Below, piece after piece: positions 1 through 8,261 of a DNA stretch of 64,000 nt. The position numbers and the translations under genes are program-made. The notes under the pieces are model-generated. The model saw only the letters and a program-made list of their open reading frames with translations. It was not told the origin of the DNA and did not search any database. Within the stretch, counting starts at the first letter, position 1. Each line of letters opens with the position of its first letter. The stretch is from an uncultured virus (IMG/VR IMGVR_UViG_3300017938_000552) (Duplodnaviria; Heunggongvirae; Uroviricota; Caudoviricetes), in the IMG/VR virus record IMGVR_UViG_3300017938_000552. One strand, 5' to 3'.

Positions 1-285
1 TCATAACTTATCTGCTAAACTTTTACCCTTCGGTGTAAGTTGTAAAATACGGGTCGGTTTATTAAATGAAAATTTGTTTAGCAAACCAGCAGTAACCATA
101 GAACGTGCTACAGAATATGCTCCATTTCTATGAATTGCAAATTCCCAAGTCTTGTCATTGGTGGAGTTTGCCAATATATGACTAATGTGAGAAAAAACGG
201 TTCTGTATGATAGACCCTGTTTTGATGCGGAACGAAGTGTAATAAGAATTAGTGATCTTGTTTTTGATTCGGGTGTGATAGACAC
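1..285 (-). CDS. winged helix-turn-helix DNA-binding protein
   Basis: Basic 94 aa; C-terminal AGLL...LQLTPKGKSLA wing pattern of archaeal wHTH proteins. Confidence 0.55.
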   Translation of the reverse strand: MSITPESKTRSLILITLRSASKQGLSYRTVFSHISHILANSTNDKTWEFAIHRNGAYSVARSMVTAGLLNKFSFNKPTRILQLTPKGKSLADKL

Positions 286-292
286 TTGTTTA

Positions 293-499
293 TCAACCCT
301 GTTTTATAAAAACAGCCCAATTCTTGCCTTCTTTGAAGTTGTGAACTTTTACAACTCTTACACTTACACCCGCATGATAACGGACAAGTTTAGCACGTGA
401 TTGTGCCTCAGACTTCCTCTCAAAGAGGGAATCTAAATAGAACTTTTTACCGCCGATGATACGTGTAGATTTCGTCAAATGTATTGTCATTTTACTCAT
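293..499 (-). CDS. small basic protein, paralog of 501..740 and 1482..1694
   Basis: Shared GKxF/Y...KxxA...R pattern and C-terminal Trp-containing hydrophobic strand (WAVFIK, WAIWVR, YVLWIR). Confidence 0.6.
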   Translation of the reverse strand: MSKMTIHLTKSTRIIGGKKFYLDSLFERKSEAQSRAKLVRYHAGVSVRVVKVHNFKEGKNWAVFIKQG

Positions 500-500
500 T

Positions 501-740
501 TTACTTACCTCTTGGCTTTCTTACCCAGATTGCCCAGAACCTTGTACGTCTGATTTTATTGTCTGGTGCGTGTGCAACATCAGCAAAAACTTCACTGATC
601 CTCACGTTGTAACCCAAGTCCCTCAAACCTTTAGCATAATCTTTAGCCAAAGTTTTTGTTTGCTGAACATTTACACGTGCATATGTCTTTCCACTAAATT
701 TCTTATGTGGACTATTCTTATACCAAGGCTTGGTTGTCAA
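501..740 (-). CDS. small basic protein (paralog family)
   Basis: PWY...KKFSGKTY...TKTLAK...RFWAIWVRK; TTG start about 30 nt below promoter 770-786. Confidence 0.65.
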   Translation of the reverse strand: MTTKPWYKNSPHKKFSGKTYARVNVQQTKTLAKDYAKGLRDLGYNVRISEVFADVAHAPDNKIRRTRFWAIWVRKPRGK

Positions 741-769
741 TCTGTATCGAGTAATATTGTACCTACAAG

Positions 770-786
770 TATTTAAATGTTATGAT
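770..786 (-). promoter_or_regulatory. class B BRE-TATA promoter ATCATAACATTTAAATA
   Basis: Repeated motif, upstream of start at 740. Confidence 0.7.
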
Positions 787-790
787 ATAG

Positions 791-1156
791 CTATACAAGC
801 AACCTGCTTAACAATCTCTGATGGTGATGATATACTAGCGGTCTGCCACTAACTCTATCACCAGCCAAAGGCTGAATTCTCTCAGGTATTATTCTATAAG
901 TTCCCTGTTGATAAAGAATACTATTACGATTAATTCTTGATAGTTTTCCCTTTGTCTTAACTATATAATATTCCCTACAGACCTCAATAACTCTTCCCGT
1001 TGTCCTACCTCTTGGTGTGACATAACTAATTCTATCACCAATTTTGTGTGGCTTGTGCCTACCCTCTCCATGAGTAGCTTCACCTTTTTTTGTAAAATTT
1101 TTTGGGGCTGGTTTATATTTATATAGTTTTTCTCTAAATATATTAAATTTTGGCAT
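791..1156 (-). CDS. basic KOW/SH3-like protein, paralog of 1711..2121
   Basis: GExTHGEGRHxPHKxGDxISY...G.V..V..E.Y.VK...NRNSILY in both copies. Confidence 0.65.
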   Translation of the reverse strand: MPKFNIFREKLYKYKPAPKNFTKKGEATHGEGRHKPHKIGDRISYVTPRGRTTGRVIEVCREYYIVKTKGKLSRINRNSILYQQGTYRIIPERIQPLAGDRVSGRPLVYHHHQRLLSRLLV

Positions 1157-1188
1157 TACGAAAAACTACCATTCTAAACCCAATTACC

Positions 1189-1476
1189 TCACAGTTCACC
1201 AAACTTATGTAACCGATTATATGTTCTTTCACAGTTTTTATTAAACTGCCTCATTTTTGCCAATGCAGATTTACCTGCTTTTATATGTTCTATAGCAACC
1301 CAAAGAGGGGCAGATTCTGAGTGATAGTTTACATCCTCAAAACTGTCGAAAAGTTTTCTAAGTTTTACAGGTCCATCTGACACCTTGGCTTTCATACCTG
1401 CCTTGAGCATACCACCATAATCGAAGTTGGCACTAAAACGTTTTCCTGCTTTGAATTTTGCCATTCTTCCTACCAT
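1189..1476 (-). CDS. hypothetical basic protein
   Basis: ORF in operon context with GGTGA upstream. Confidence 0.55.
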   Translation of the reverse strand: MVGRMAKFKAGKRFSANFDYGGMLKAGMKAKVSDGPVKLRKLFDSFEDVNYHSESAPLWVAIEHIKAGKSALAKMRQFNKNCERTYNRLHKFGEL

Positions 1477-1481
1477 TCAAA

Positions 1482-1694
1482 TCACCTGTGTTTTGTCCTT
1501 ATCCAGAGAACATATCTAGGTTTTGGAATTTCATGGGGGATTTCTTCTGCTGTTACCCTAGAACCAAAGTAGCGGTTATTGAATTTTCTTTGTGCTGTCT
1601 TAGCTTCTAGTTTTGTCCTATATGAACCAGCTAAGAAATAATCTGTGCCATTGAAGGCTCTCTTACCATTTTCACTATACCAACTTGAAGGCAT
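1482..1694 (-). CDS. small basic protein (paralog family)
   Basis: SWY...KRAFNGTDY...TKLEAK...RYVLWIR; GGAG RBS. Confidence 0.65.
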   Translation of the reverse strand: MPSSWYSENGKRAFNGTDYFLAGSYRTKLEAKTAQRKFNNRYFGSRVTAEEIPHEIPKPRYVLWIRTKHR

Positions 1695-1710
1695 TGTTTT
1701 TTTCTCCTAC

Positions 1711-2121
1711 TTACTTTTTCTTCTTTGGCGTTAGTTTTGGTCTTGCCTTGTATTTTCCATACTGAGACTTGAACTTCTCTAACCTTTCGTTTTCTTTTTC
1801 CTTACCGAATTCATATGCCTTTTTGGTATTCTCAGCCATCTGTTTCATTCCACCAAGGAATGTTCCAAGGCTGTAGAGGATGCTGTTGCGATTGACTTTT
1901 GTAACATTTCTGCCGTTCTTGACATAATAGAATTCTTTGTGTACACTGACTATAACACCCTGCTTTCTACCACTTGGGGCACGATAGCTAATCTTATCAC
2001 CTACTTTGTGCGGGTGATGTCTGCCTTCGCCATGTGTCTCTTCACCAAGTTCCCTGAAGTCTCTGGGTGTTGGTCTATAGCTCTTTTCTAAGCCCTCTCT
2101 GAATTTTGTTCCTCTACTCAT
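1711..2121 (-). CDS. basic KOW/SH3-like protein with Lys-rich tail
   Basis: Paralog of 791..1156; promoter at 2153-2169. Confidence 0.7.
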   Translation of the reverse strand: MSRGTKFREGLEKSYRPTPRDFRELGEETHGEGRHHPHKVGDKISYRAPSGRKQGVIVSVHKEFYYVKNGRNVTKVNRNSILYSLGTFLGGMKQMAENTKKAYEFGKEKENERLEKFKSQYGKYKARPKLTPKKKK

Positions 2122-2152
2122 AACATTATCACAGTAATAGTTATAACGATAA

Positions 2153-2169
2153 TATATAAATGTTATGAT
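2153..2169 (-). promoter_or_regulatory. class B promoter ATCATAACATTTATATA
   Basis: Repeated motif 32 nt above ATG at 2121. Confidence 0.7.
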
Positions 2170-2174
2170 AAGGA

Positions 2175-2688
2175 TTAATTAGAATCTAACCTGCCACAAT
2201 CATAGTCATTTATTCTTTTTAATATTTCTTCTATGGAAATAGGTCGGAAATCCCAAGCGTCTACCCCACAGTTGATATAATATTTATTGTGTTCTTTACG
2301 AATTTTCCAAAGGTTGTGGACATGACCAATTAGATTATATTTATGGTTAGAATTGAATGGATGATGTTCCAGCCACCATGTTTTTCCCCCTAACTCTATA
2401 ATCATGGAATTTATGATAGTTTTGGCTGAATTATTATTATCATGGTTCCCTCTGATCAGGATCATATTACCATTAAGTCTATCCATCCAATCTTGTGCTT
2501 TAATACCATCTTTTTCTTTTAAAACAAAAATCACCCAAATGAAATACAGTATCTTCATCCTTTACTCTCTCATTCCAATTCTTTATAATAGTTTCATTCA
2601 TGTGATATATATCTTTAAAAGGTCTATTAGTATATTTAATTATATTTGTGTGGTTGAAGTGTGAATCCCCTGTAAACCAAAATCTCAT
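2175..2688 (-). pseudogene. calcineurin-like metallophosphoesterase split by a one-base frameshift near 2520
   Basis: DxH and HLGD motifs in 2500..2688; RGNHD and GHVH in 2175..2558; frames join at TTT AAA A GAA. Confidence 0.8.
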
Positions 2689-2709
2689 TTTATATTCTCC
2701 TTGTTATTT

Positions 2710-3588
2710 TTAAAGACTAATTGTAATATTCATTATTTCCTTGAACTTGTTTGCATTAAGCCTGAGTGAAACTTCAGATATGCCACATGAATATGCTAAT
2801 TCTCTCTGGGTCATATTTAATGACATACACACATTTACTATGTACAATATGGCACATGCTATAGAAATTGGTGACTTTCCAACAACTTGTTTTTTCTCAG
2901 CTATGATGTCATACATAGCCTTTGCCATCTGTTCAACATCACCCGGAAGATTGTTTTTTGCAACAATTCTGGACACAAGTAATAGAACACGGTTTTGTGG
3001 GTCTTTTCTAGTAATAAAACCAGATTGTTTCATTGAGCTATAATATTTACCAATTATTGTTTTATCAATATTTGCCCTATCTGCAAATGCTCTAAGATTG
3101 ATAGGTATTCCATGTTGCATATATCCAGCATAAACACAAGCACAAAGTGTTCCATAGATAGTTTTTCCATGTAGGTATTTACCCCTTGCCGCTTTTTTAT
3201 AAATGCCCATAGCTGTGTCTGCTATTGGATTTGGAATTTCTAAAACTTCTTTCATTCTCAGAAGCTGGATATTTGCCTTGAAGATGTTCCGTTCCACACT
3301 GGAATTTATCTTTTTTATTGAATCTATCTTTTTGAGCCTAGACCACTTCTTTGTTTTTCTGAAGCCATCTGAGTAAGTAAAGCCAATTTCTGTTGTTGAA
3401 CCTCTGCCAATTGGATCAAATGGAGAACCAGCCGTTGTACTTTCTTTAGGCTCACCAAAATCTTTCCAATTTGGGTCTTTAGATGGCAGATAACCATATA
3501 CCAGACCACAATTTGGGCAAACAAGTTCACCATCAGCACCTGTGACAAGTGGCACTCTACATTCATCGCATAGAATATCTATTGACAT
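2710..3588 (-). CDS. tfb: archaeal transcription initiation factor TFB homolog
   Basis: N-terminal CxxC..CPNCG Zn ribbon, VERN linker, two cyclin repeats (GKT.., GKSP), C-terminal TQRELA..GISEVSLR HTH; ATG at 3588 follows GGTGA. Confidence 0.93.
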   Translation of the reverse strand: MSIDILCDECRVPLVTGADGELVCPNCGLVYGYLPSKDPNWKDFGEPKESTTAGSPFDPIGRGSTTEIGFTYSDGFRKTKKWSRLKKIDSIKKINSSVERNIFKANIQLLRMKEVLEIPNPIADTAMGIYKKAARGKYLHGKTIYGTLCACVYAGYMQHGIPINLRAFADRANIDKTIIGKYYSSMKQSGFITRKDPQNRVLLLVSRIVAKNNLPGDVEQMAKAMYDIIAEKKQVVGKSPISIACAILYIVNVCMSLNMTQRELAYSCGISEVSLRLNANKFKEIMNITISL

Positions 3589-3589
3589 A

Positions 3590-6500
3590 TTAATCACCAA
3601 ATAGCTCATCTACATTTTCAAAACCCTGTATATTCGCCCAAGAAATACCAGCCGCATTTAAAATGCTCTCAAGCGGTGAACGTAGGGTTCTATCAACAAC
3701 CCACTCATAATCTGGTGTTATACCTAATTTTTTCACTCTATCAGCATCCAAATAAGCCACCCACTGATTATAAGGTAAGTTACCACAACTCTTGGCTTTG
3801 AAATAACGCACCATATCCCCACCGATAATACTTTCTCCTATATATTTGTTGCCCCATATTGCACCATCATAATATTCACCATCCACTTCTATGCCTTTTT
3901 CAAATGGTTTAGAAAGGTTTATGGGAATTGTGATCTGGTCAAGATCATATTCCTTGGTGGCGATGTCTTTCATAATTTTCTGGATGTTTGAAATTATTTT
4001 TGTTGTATCATCCATTAAAATCTGATCAATAACTTCTTTTTGAAGTTTGCGTGTAACCTCTGAAGTGTTACCACGAACATAATCAAAACCTTTGATCAAG
4101 ATGTAATCACAGGGGTCGTTATTCTCCCTAATAATACGCTGACCATAACGCTTTTTAGCACCTTCCTCAGAATTTTTAGCTTTGATGAAAAGTGTTGTTG
4201 AAGCAAACCTATCTTCTTTAATGTGGAATTTTGAATCAACAATTCCCTTTTCCTTTGCCCAAAGTGTTAGCTCATCGTTGACTTCTGCAACTAAACCCTC
4301 TACCTCTTCCATTGTAGAGCCTAAGAAGATGGAATCTGTATTATGTAGCAAAACACCACCACTTGAAAATTGATGATTTTCCGTTTCTAGATCATAAACA
4401 TTTACGTTACTATAAATTCCTAAATCAGTAATTTGTTTTACTTCATGATCTTGATGTAAACGTAAATCTGTTATGTTTTTAACAATTCTAATTTTTCTAA
4501 GGTATTGTTTTGATTTTCTCTGCCCAACATAAACCATATATCTGCTTTTTTGCCCTATAATTTTATATAAGATATGTAAACCAAACATTATTAACTCTGT
4601 TTTACAGAATTCCATTATTTTTTCTTTATTCTTATCGGAACCATCACCATAAATAAAACCGTCTATAAATTCTGAAATTGCGTTTGTATCCGCATTAAAT
4701 ATAAGTTCTGGAATTTTCTTATTGTGGTTTGAATCATAACACATTAGGAAATATTCTAAAGCACCACATTTAATAGGGTTATGAATATTTAACCTATATA
4801 CTATACCACCAGACGTTTCATTTGATGGATATGACGAGATTTTACAGTCAAAATGTAATTTTCTTTCTAATATATCCTTTGAACGAATCAATAAATCTTC
4901 CTGTTGCCCATCAATATGTACAGCCACCTTGTTACATGTTTTTCTATAATCACCTGCTGTTCCATCTGCACAGAAATATCCCAATAACCAAGCAATTTCA
5001 CTATCATAAAAGGTTCCTTTTGGCAAAGAAGAATATTTTATCTCACCAAGAATATCACCCGTTGAAACTTCCCTTGGTTTTGCTGGCGATCCATCACTTC
5101 TGATCAGCGAATGATCCTCTGTAACTTCAACAACACCATCATATGTTTCGACACGGAACATTTTTTTGGTGACTGTCTTTTTTATTAATTTATTTACTTT
5201 TGTCCAACCAGATTCTGTCAGAGTCGTATCATTGGCTTTAACGTCTTGTATAGGAACAACATCTAACCTGTTATTTCTAAGTATTAAGGTTGGTGAGTTT
5301 TCAATAACACTATCACCATAAATCGTATCATGTCCAGCTTTCTTAGCACGATCCTTAACACGGTTGAGTCCTTCACCAGCCGTCTTGAGTACGAAATCAC
5401 CACGTTCCTTGCTGTATATTCGGCTACCCTTGAAAGCGAAATATCCCCAAGCACCAGATAGGAAAGTCTTTACATTTGTTTGGGTAACTTTGGCTGTTTT
5501 ATATTCCTCAGTACCCGGAGTGTATTTCTTAACTTCAGCATCCCAGAAGTCTCGTTCCTTTGATAGATATGTAATGACGGATGGTGCAAGTTTGCCCCAG
5601 ATGTCGGGGGATGTTTCTTTCGGGAATGAAAGTAATATTGACGGATAGTACCTACTCATGTCAAGAACCGTTATCTTTCTGTAAAGACCCATCGATGGGG
5701 TGAAAACAACGCCACCAAATTCCAAATCTTCAGTGTCCTCAGACATATATGATGTTGGGAGTGTAAATCCAAGTTGGTGGGCTGTACTGAGCCACAGTGG
5801 ATCGTGACGTTTTATATGTGATGTTGTATATTCTAAATTGGCTAGACCAACAAAATTCTTCTGCCCCCAAAAGTTTCGGAAAATATCATACTGAATCCAT
5901 TTACCATCCGTGACACGTTTGAAACCATTAGCCAACATTACACAATATTCGACATCTTTTTTGTTATATTTAATGAAGTTATCTCTTTGTGTTTTATCAG
6001 TATACATCTCTATTTTGAATGTATCAGAAACCATATTCACAGCTTTTATTATATCTTCTTTAACAACAACTTCCTTTAATCTGTTCCCCAAGGAAGATTT
6101 TATCTTTTTATATGCTCCTAATAAATCAAAAATCTCACAACGAGATAAATCTAGAGTTTCCTTGAACTTTGCCTTTGCCCATGCTTGGAAATAATCAATG
6201 TCGAATTTGATGTTCCAACCAGAAATAATATCTGGATTTGCATTATCTAAATACTGTTTTGTAAGATCAAAAAGATTCCTAGCATTTATAACACGAACCA
6301 AGTCCCAATCTGGTTCCAGTTGAGTATGTGTTTGTTGGAAAACTCTATCATCCAGACATATACTATAATATTTTTTGTATACAGAATCGTGGAGTGTTAC
6401 AGCAATTACAGGTTGTGTTGGATTTCTCATGTTCGGGAATCTGCCCTGTGATAAAACCTCAATGTCAATAAATACTACACGTGGTTGAATGATCTTGTTC

Positions 6501-6889
6501 ACAGGCACTATTGTTGTGTAAGGAATAACTACTGTGTTAATTGGCGTGTAGAAACAGGATAGGATGCCTGTATCTATCAACAACCTTTGAATGTAATTTA
6601 CATCAGCCTCATGTGGTGCTTTGAACTTTACACGATTATTACCTACAGAAGCTGGATCGGTTGCTATGATCTTTATGTCTGGTTTTCCATCCATATGGAG
6701 AAAACCACCCAGAGTCTCTACAATCCAAGGTTCGGTTGGAATTGCCTCTGTTGATGGAACATAGAGATATGGAACGAAACCTGTTATGAAAACTTTTTTC
6801 TTTACAAGAGATGTGGTGTCCCTTACCCACATATCAATATTCCCAGATTCACCATTATAATGGGCAGTTAAATATTGATACTCAGGCAA
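3590..6889 (-). CDS. polB: family B DNA polymerase with intein
   Basis: Exo I DIE, Exo II GWNIKFD, Exo III YNKKD, motif A LDMSRYYPS, motif C YGD|TDS, KKRYG, IKG. Confidence 0.95.
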   Translation of the reverse strand: MPEYQYLTAHYNGESGNIDMWVRDTTSLVKKKVFITGFVPYLYVPSTEAIPTEPWIVETLGGFLHMDGKPDIKIIATDPASVGNNRVKFKAPHEADVNYIQRLLIDTGILSCFYTPINTVVIPYTTIVPVNKIIQPRVVFIDIEVLSQGRFPNMRNPTQPVIAVTLHDSVYKKYYSICLDDRVFQQTHTQLEPDWDLVRVINARNLFDLTKQYLDNANPDIISGWNIKFDIDYFQAWAKAKFKETLDLSRCEIFDLLGAYKKIKSSLGNRLKEVVVKEDIIKAVNMVSDTFKIEMYTDKTQRDNFIKYNKKDVEYCVMLANGFKRVTDGKWIQYDIFRNFWGQKNFVGLANLEYTTSHIKRHDPLWLSTAHQLGFTLPTSYMSEDTEDLEFGGVVFTPSMGLYRKITVLDMSRYYPSILLSFPKETSPDIWGKLAPSVITYLSKERDFWDAEVKKYTPGTEEYKTAKVTQTNVKTFLSGAWGYFAFKGSRIYSKERGDFVLKTAGEGLNRVKDRAKKAGHDTIYGDSVIENSPTLILRNNRLDVVPIQDVKANDTTLTESGWTKVNKLIKKTVTKKMFRVETYDGVVEVTEDHSLIRSDGSPAKPREVSTGDILGEIKYSSLPKGTFYDSEIAWLLGYFCADGTAGDYRKTCNKVAVHIDGQQEDLLIRSKDILERKLHFDCKISSYPSNETSGGIVYRLNIHNPIKCGALEYFLMCYDSNHNKKIPELIFNADTNAISEFIDGFIYGDGSDKNKEKIMEFCKTELIMFGLHILYKIIGQKSRYMVYVGQRKSKQYLRKIRIVKNITDLRLHQDHEVKQITDLGIYSNVNVYDLETENHQFSSGGVLLHNTDSIFLGSTMEEVEGLVAEVNDELTLWAKEKGIVDSKFHIKEDRFASTTLFIKAKNSEEGAKKRYGQRIIRENNDPCDYILIKGFDYVRGNTSEVTRKLQKEVIDQILMDDTTKIISNIQKIMKDIATKEYDLDQITIPINLSKPFEKGIEVDGEYYDGAIWGNKYIGESIIGGDMVRYFKAKSCGNLPYNQWVAYLDADRVKKLGITPDYEWVVDRTLRSPLESILNAAGISWANIQGFENVDELFGD
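4340..5311 (-). mobile_element. 324-aa intein with LAGLIDADG endonuclease in PolB motif C
   Basis: Starts SVIENS after YGD; block B VTEDH; LAGLIDADG-like WLLGYFCADG and FIDGFIYGDG; VYDLETENHQF; ends LHN before Thr. Confidence 0.93.
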
Positions 6890-6925
6890 GAGAACACCAG
6901 AAACAGAAACTAAACAGATTTATAG

Positions 6926-6942
6926 TATTTAAACCTTTCGGT
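6926..6942 (-). promoter_or_regulatory. class A BRE-TATA promoter ACCGAAAGGTTTAAATA (polB/tfb operon)
   Basis: Same core at 8071, 8245 and 11179. Confidence 0.8.
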
Positions 6943-7117
6943 GTGTATTTTCCTTTTTATCTGTTATAGAAATTCTATGAATCAACAAGGGACATTTTAC
7001 TTCCACTCCAAACGGACACTCCTCAAATATATTTCCATCTGGATTGGGTTGACCACACCACTGATTGAGTGTTGTGGGAGATTCAAACTGAATCAAATAC
7101 TTACATTTTTTTACCGT
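6929..7117 (-). CDS. 62-aa four-Cys protein, possible ACG start
   Basis: Open frame VKKCKY...WCG...ECP...KCP; first canonical start (TTG) lies after the first Cys. Confidence 0.45.
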   Translation of the reverse strand, partial: TVKKCKYLIQFESPTTLNQWCGQPNPDGNIFEECPFGVEVKCPLLIHRISITDKKENTHRKV

Positions 7118-7671
7118 ATATTATCCCATCCTGTTTTACCAACTCTACTTGAAATCAAATCGGCAGAAGAAACTATACTAGCCAAGAGTGTGTCTGGATA
7201 ATAGCCTGTTACACTCCAACCACCCATATGACTGAGTATGGCTAGGCGTATATTCTGAGAAAAGTTGAAACCAAACTCATCCCAATCTAAAATGGGAATT
7301 TCGGCATGATCAACAGGTCCAATAGTGTTATGTGGCTTGGTAAATATCAAACTGTTTGGATTATGTTCATATGCACCATTAACCAGAATATACATATCGG
7401 ACTTGCCAGCATCGTGGAAAATTATAGAAATCATAAGTTCATCCAAATCCATACTTTCAAACACACAGGCATCATAAATGGATTGACCAATAAATATCAT
7501 TTCTTCTGTATGGGCACGAAGTCCACCTTTAAAGAAATGGTGGATATTACGACTTGCTGGTGCATCATCAAAACCACGTTTCTTAATTATTTCAAAATAT
7601 TCAAATGACCACGTTCTAAATTGTCTGTCGTTTATGCTCTCTATACTTTTTTCTATATTTATTTTATCCAT
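7111..7671 (-). CDS. HD-domain phosphohydrolase (YhaM-like HD domain)
   Basis: APAS..HH...GGL..HT, HDAGK, DH, AILSHMG, ADL. Confidence 0.85.
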   Translation of the reverse strand: MDKINIEKSIESINDRQFRTWSFEYFEIIKKRGFDDAPASRNIHHFFKGGLRAHTEEMIFIGQSIYDACVFESMDLDELMISIIFHDAGKSDMYILVNGAYEHNPNSLIFTKPHNTIGPVDHAEIPILDWDEFGFNFSQNIRLAILSHMGGWSVTGYYPDTLLASIVSSADLISSRVGKTGWDNIR

Positions 7672-7683
7672 TTATACCACCTT

Positions 7684-8040
7684 TTACTTTCCAGCTTGAT
7701 ACTCATTCCAAGTAAGTGTTTGAGAACTTATTATTTTGGGTTCACCATCTATATAAACTTCTTGACCAAACAACACCCATTTCACAATATTTAAATTACC
7801 AGTAATTGTGGAATGTGTCTTTAATACTGTTTTCGTTCCATTATCATATTGAGTGATTGTATATTCTATACGTTCTGTTACACTAACCAATGGTGGAATA
7901 TATTGAAGTCTATACAAGACACCAAAGAATATGGCAACTATAAATAAAATAATAAAAATTTTTACAATCTTTCTCCTATTATTTGGTACAACAACGTTGG
8001 TGTTAGTATAATCATCGGTAGTATTTGTATAGTCCGACAT
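7684..8040 (-). CDS. single-pass membrane protein
   Basis: RRK followed by hydrophobic helix; promoter 8071-8086. Confidence 0.6.
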   Translation of the reverse strand: MSDYTNTTDDYTNTNVVVPNNRRKIVKIFIILFIVAIFFGVLYRLQYIPPLVSVTERIEYTITQYDNGTKTVLKTHSTITGNLNIVKWVLFGQEVYIDGEPKIISSQTLTWNEYQAGK

Positions 8041-8070
8041 CGAATATCCCAACACAAATGATTTCTGAGC

Positions 8071-8086
8071 ATTTAAACCTTTCGGT
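8071..8086 (-). promoter_or_regulatory. class A promoter
   Basis: ACCGAAAGGTTTAAAT. Confidence 0.8.
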
Positions 8087-8091
8087 TAAAA

Positions 8092-8221
8092 TGGTGTGGG
8101 TGTAGGATGGTCCTTGGTTACTTCGCACCTTTCACGGATTTCCACCATCAATAGCCCTAGAGAGATTACTTTCATCGACCTTTGGGTGCTGTCGTTCCCT
8201 TCAGGATGTCCCGTTTCCCAC
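8092..8221 (-). ncRNA. candidate ~130-nt rod-like structured RNA ending in ACCA
   Basis: Own promoter 24 nt upstream; nested pairs GUGGG/CCCAC, GGGA/UCCU, UCCU/AGGA, GCACC/GGUGC, UCGAU/AUUGA; 3' ACCA then UUUU; locally GC-rich. Confidence 0.55.
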
Positions 8222-8244
8222 AAATAACAGAATCGGTCTGGAAA

Positions 8245-8261
8245 TATTTAAACCTTTCGGT
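8245..8261 (-). promoter_or_regulatory. class A promoter driving the ncRNA candidate
   Basis: ACCGAAAGGTTTAAATA. Confidence 0.8.

Noticed and set aside
6929..7117. Possible TGA recoding in a small Cys-rich ORF
   Set aside because: Re-reading shows no internal stop; TGA, TAA and TAG all end genes normally in this window
8092..8221. Canonical tRNA, hammerhead, C/D box, SRP or 5S RNA
   Set aside because: No T-loop or cloverleaf; CUGAAGG does not match CUGANGA; C/D boxes are not in the correct order; no SRP domain IV motif
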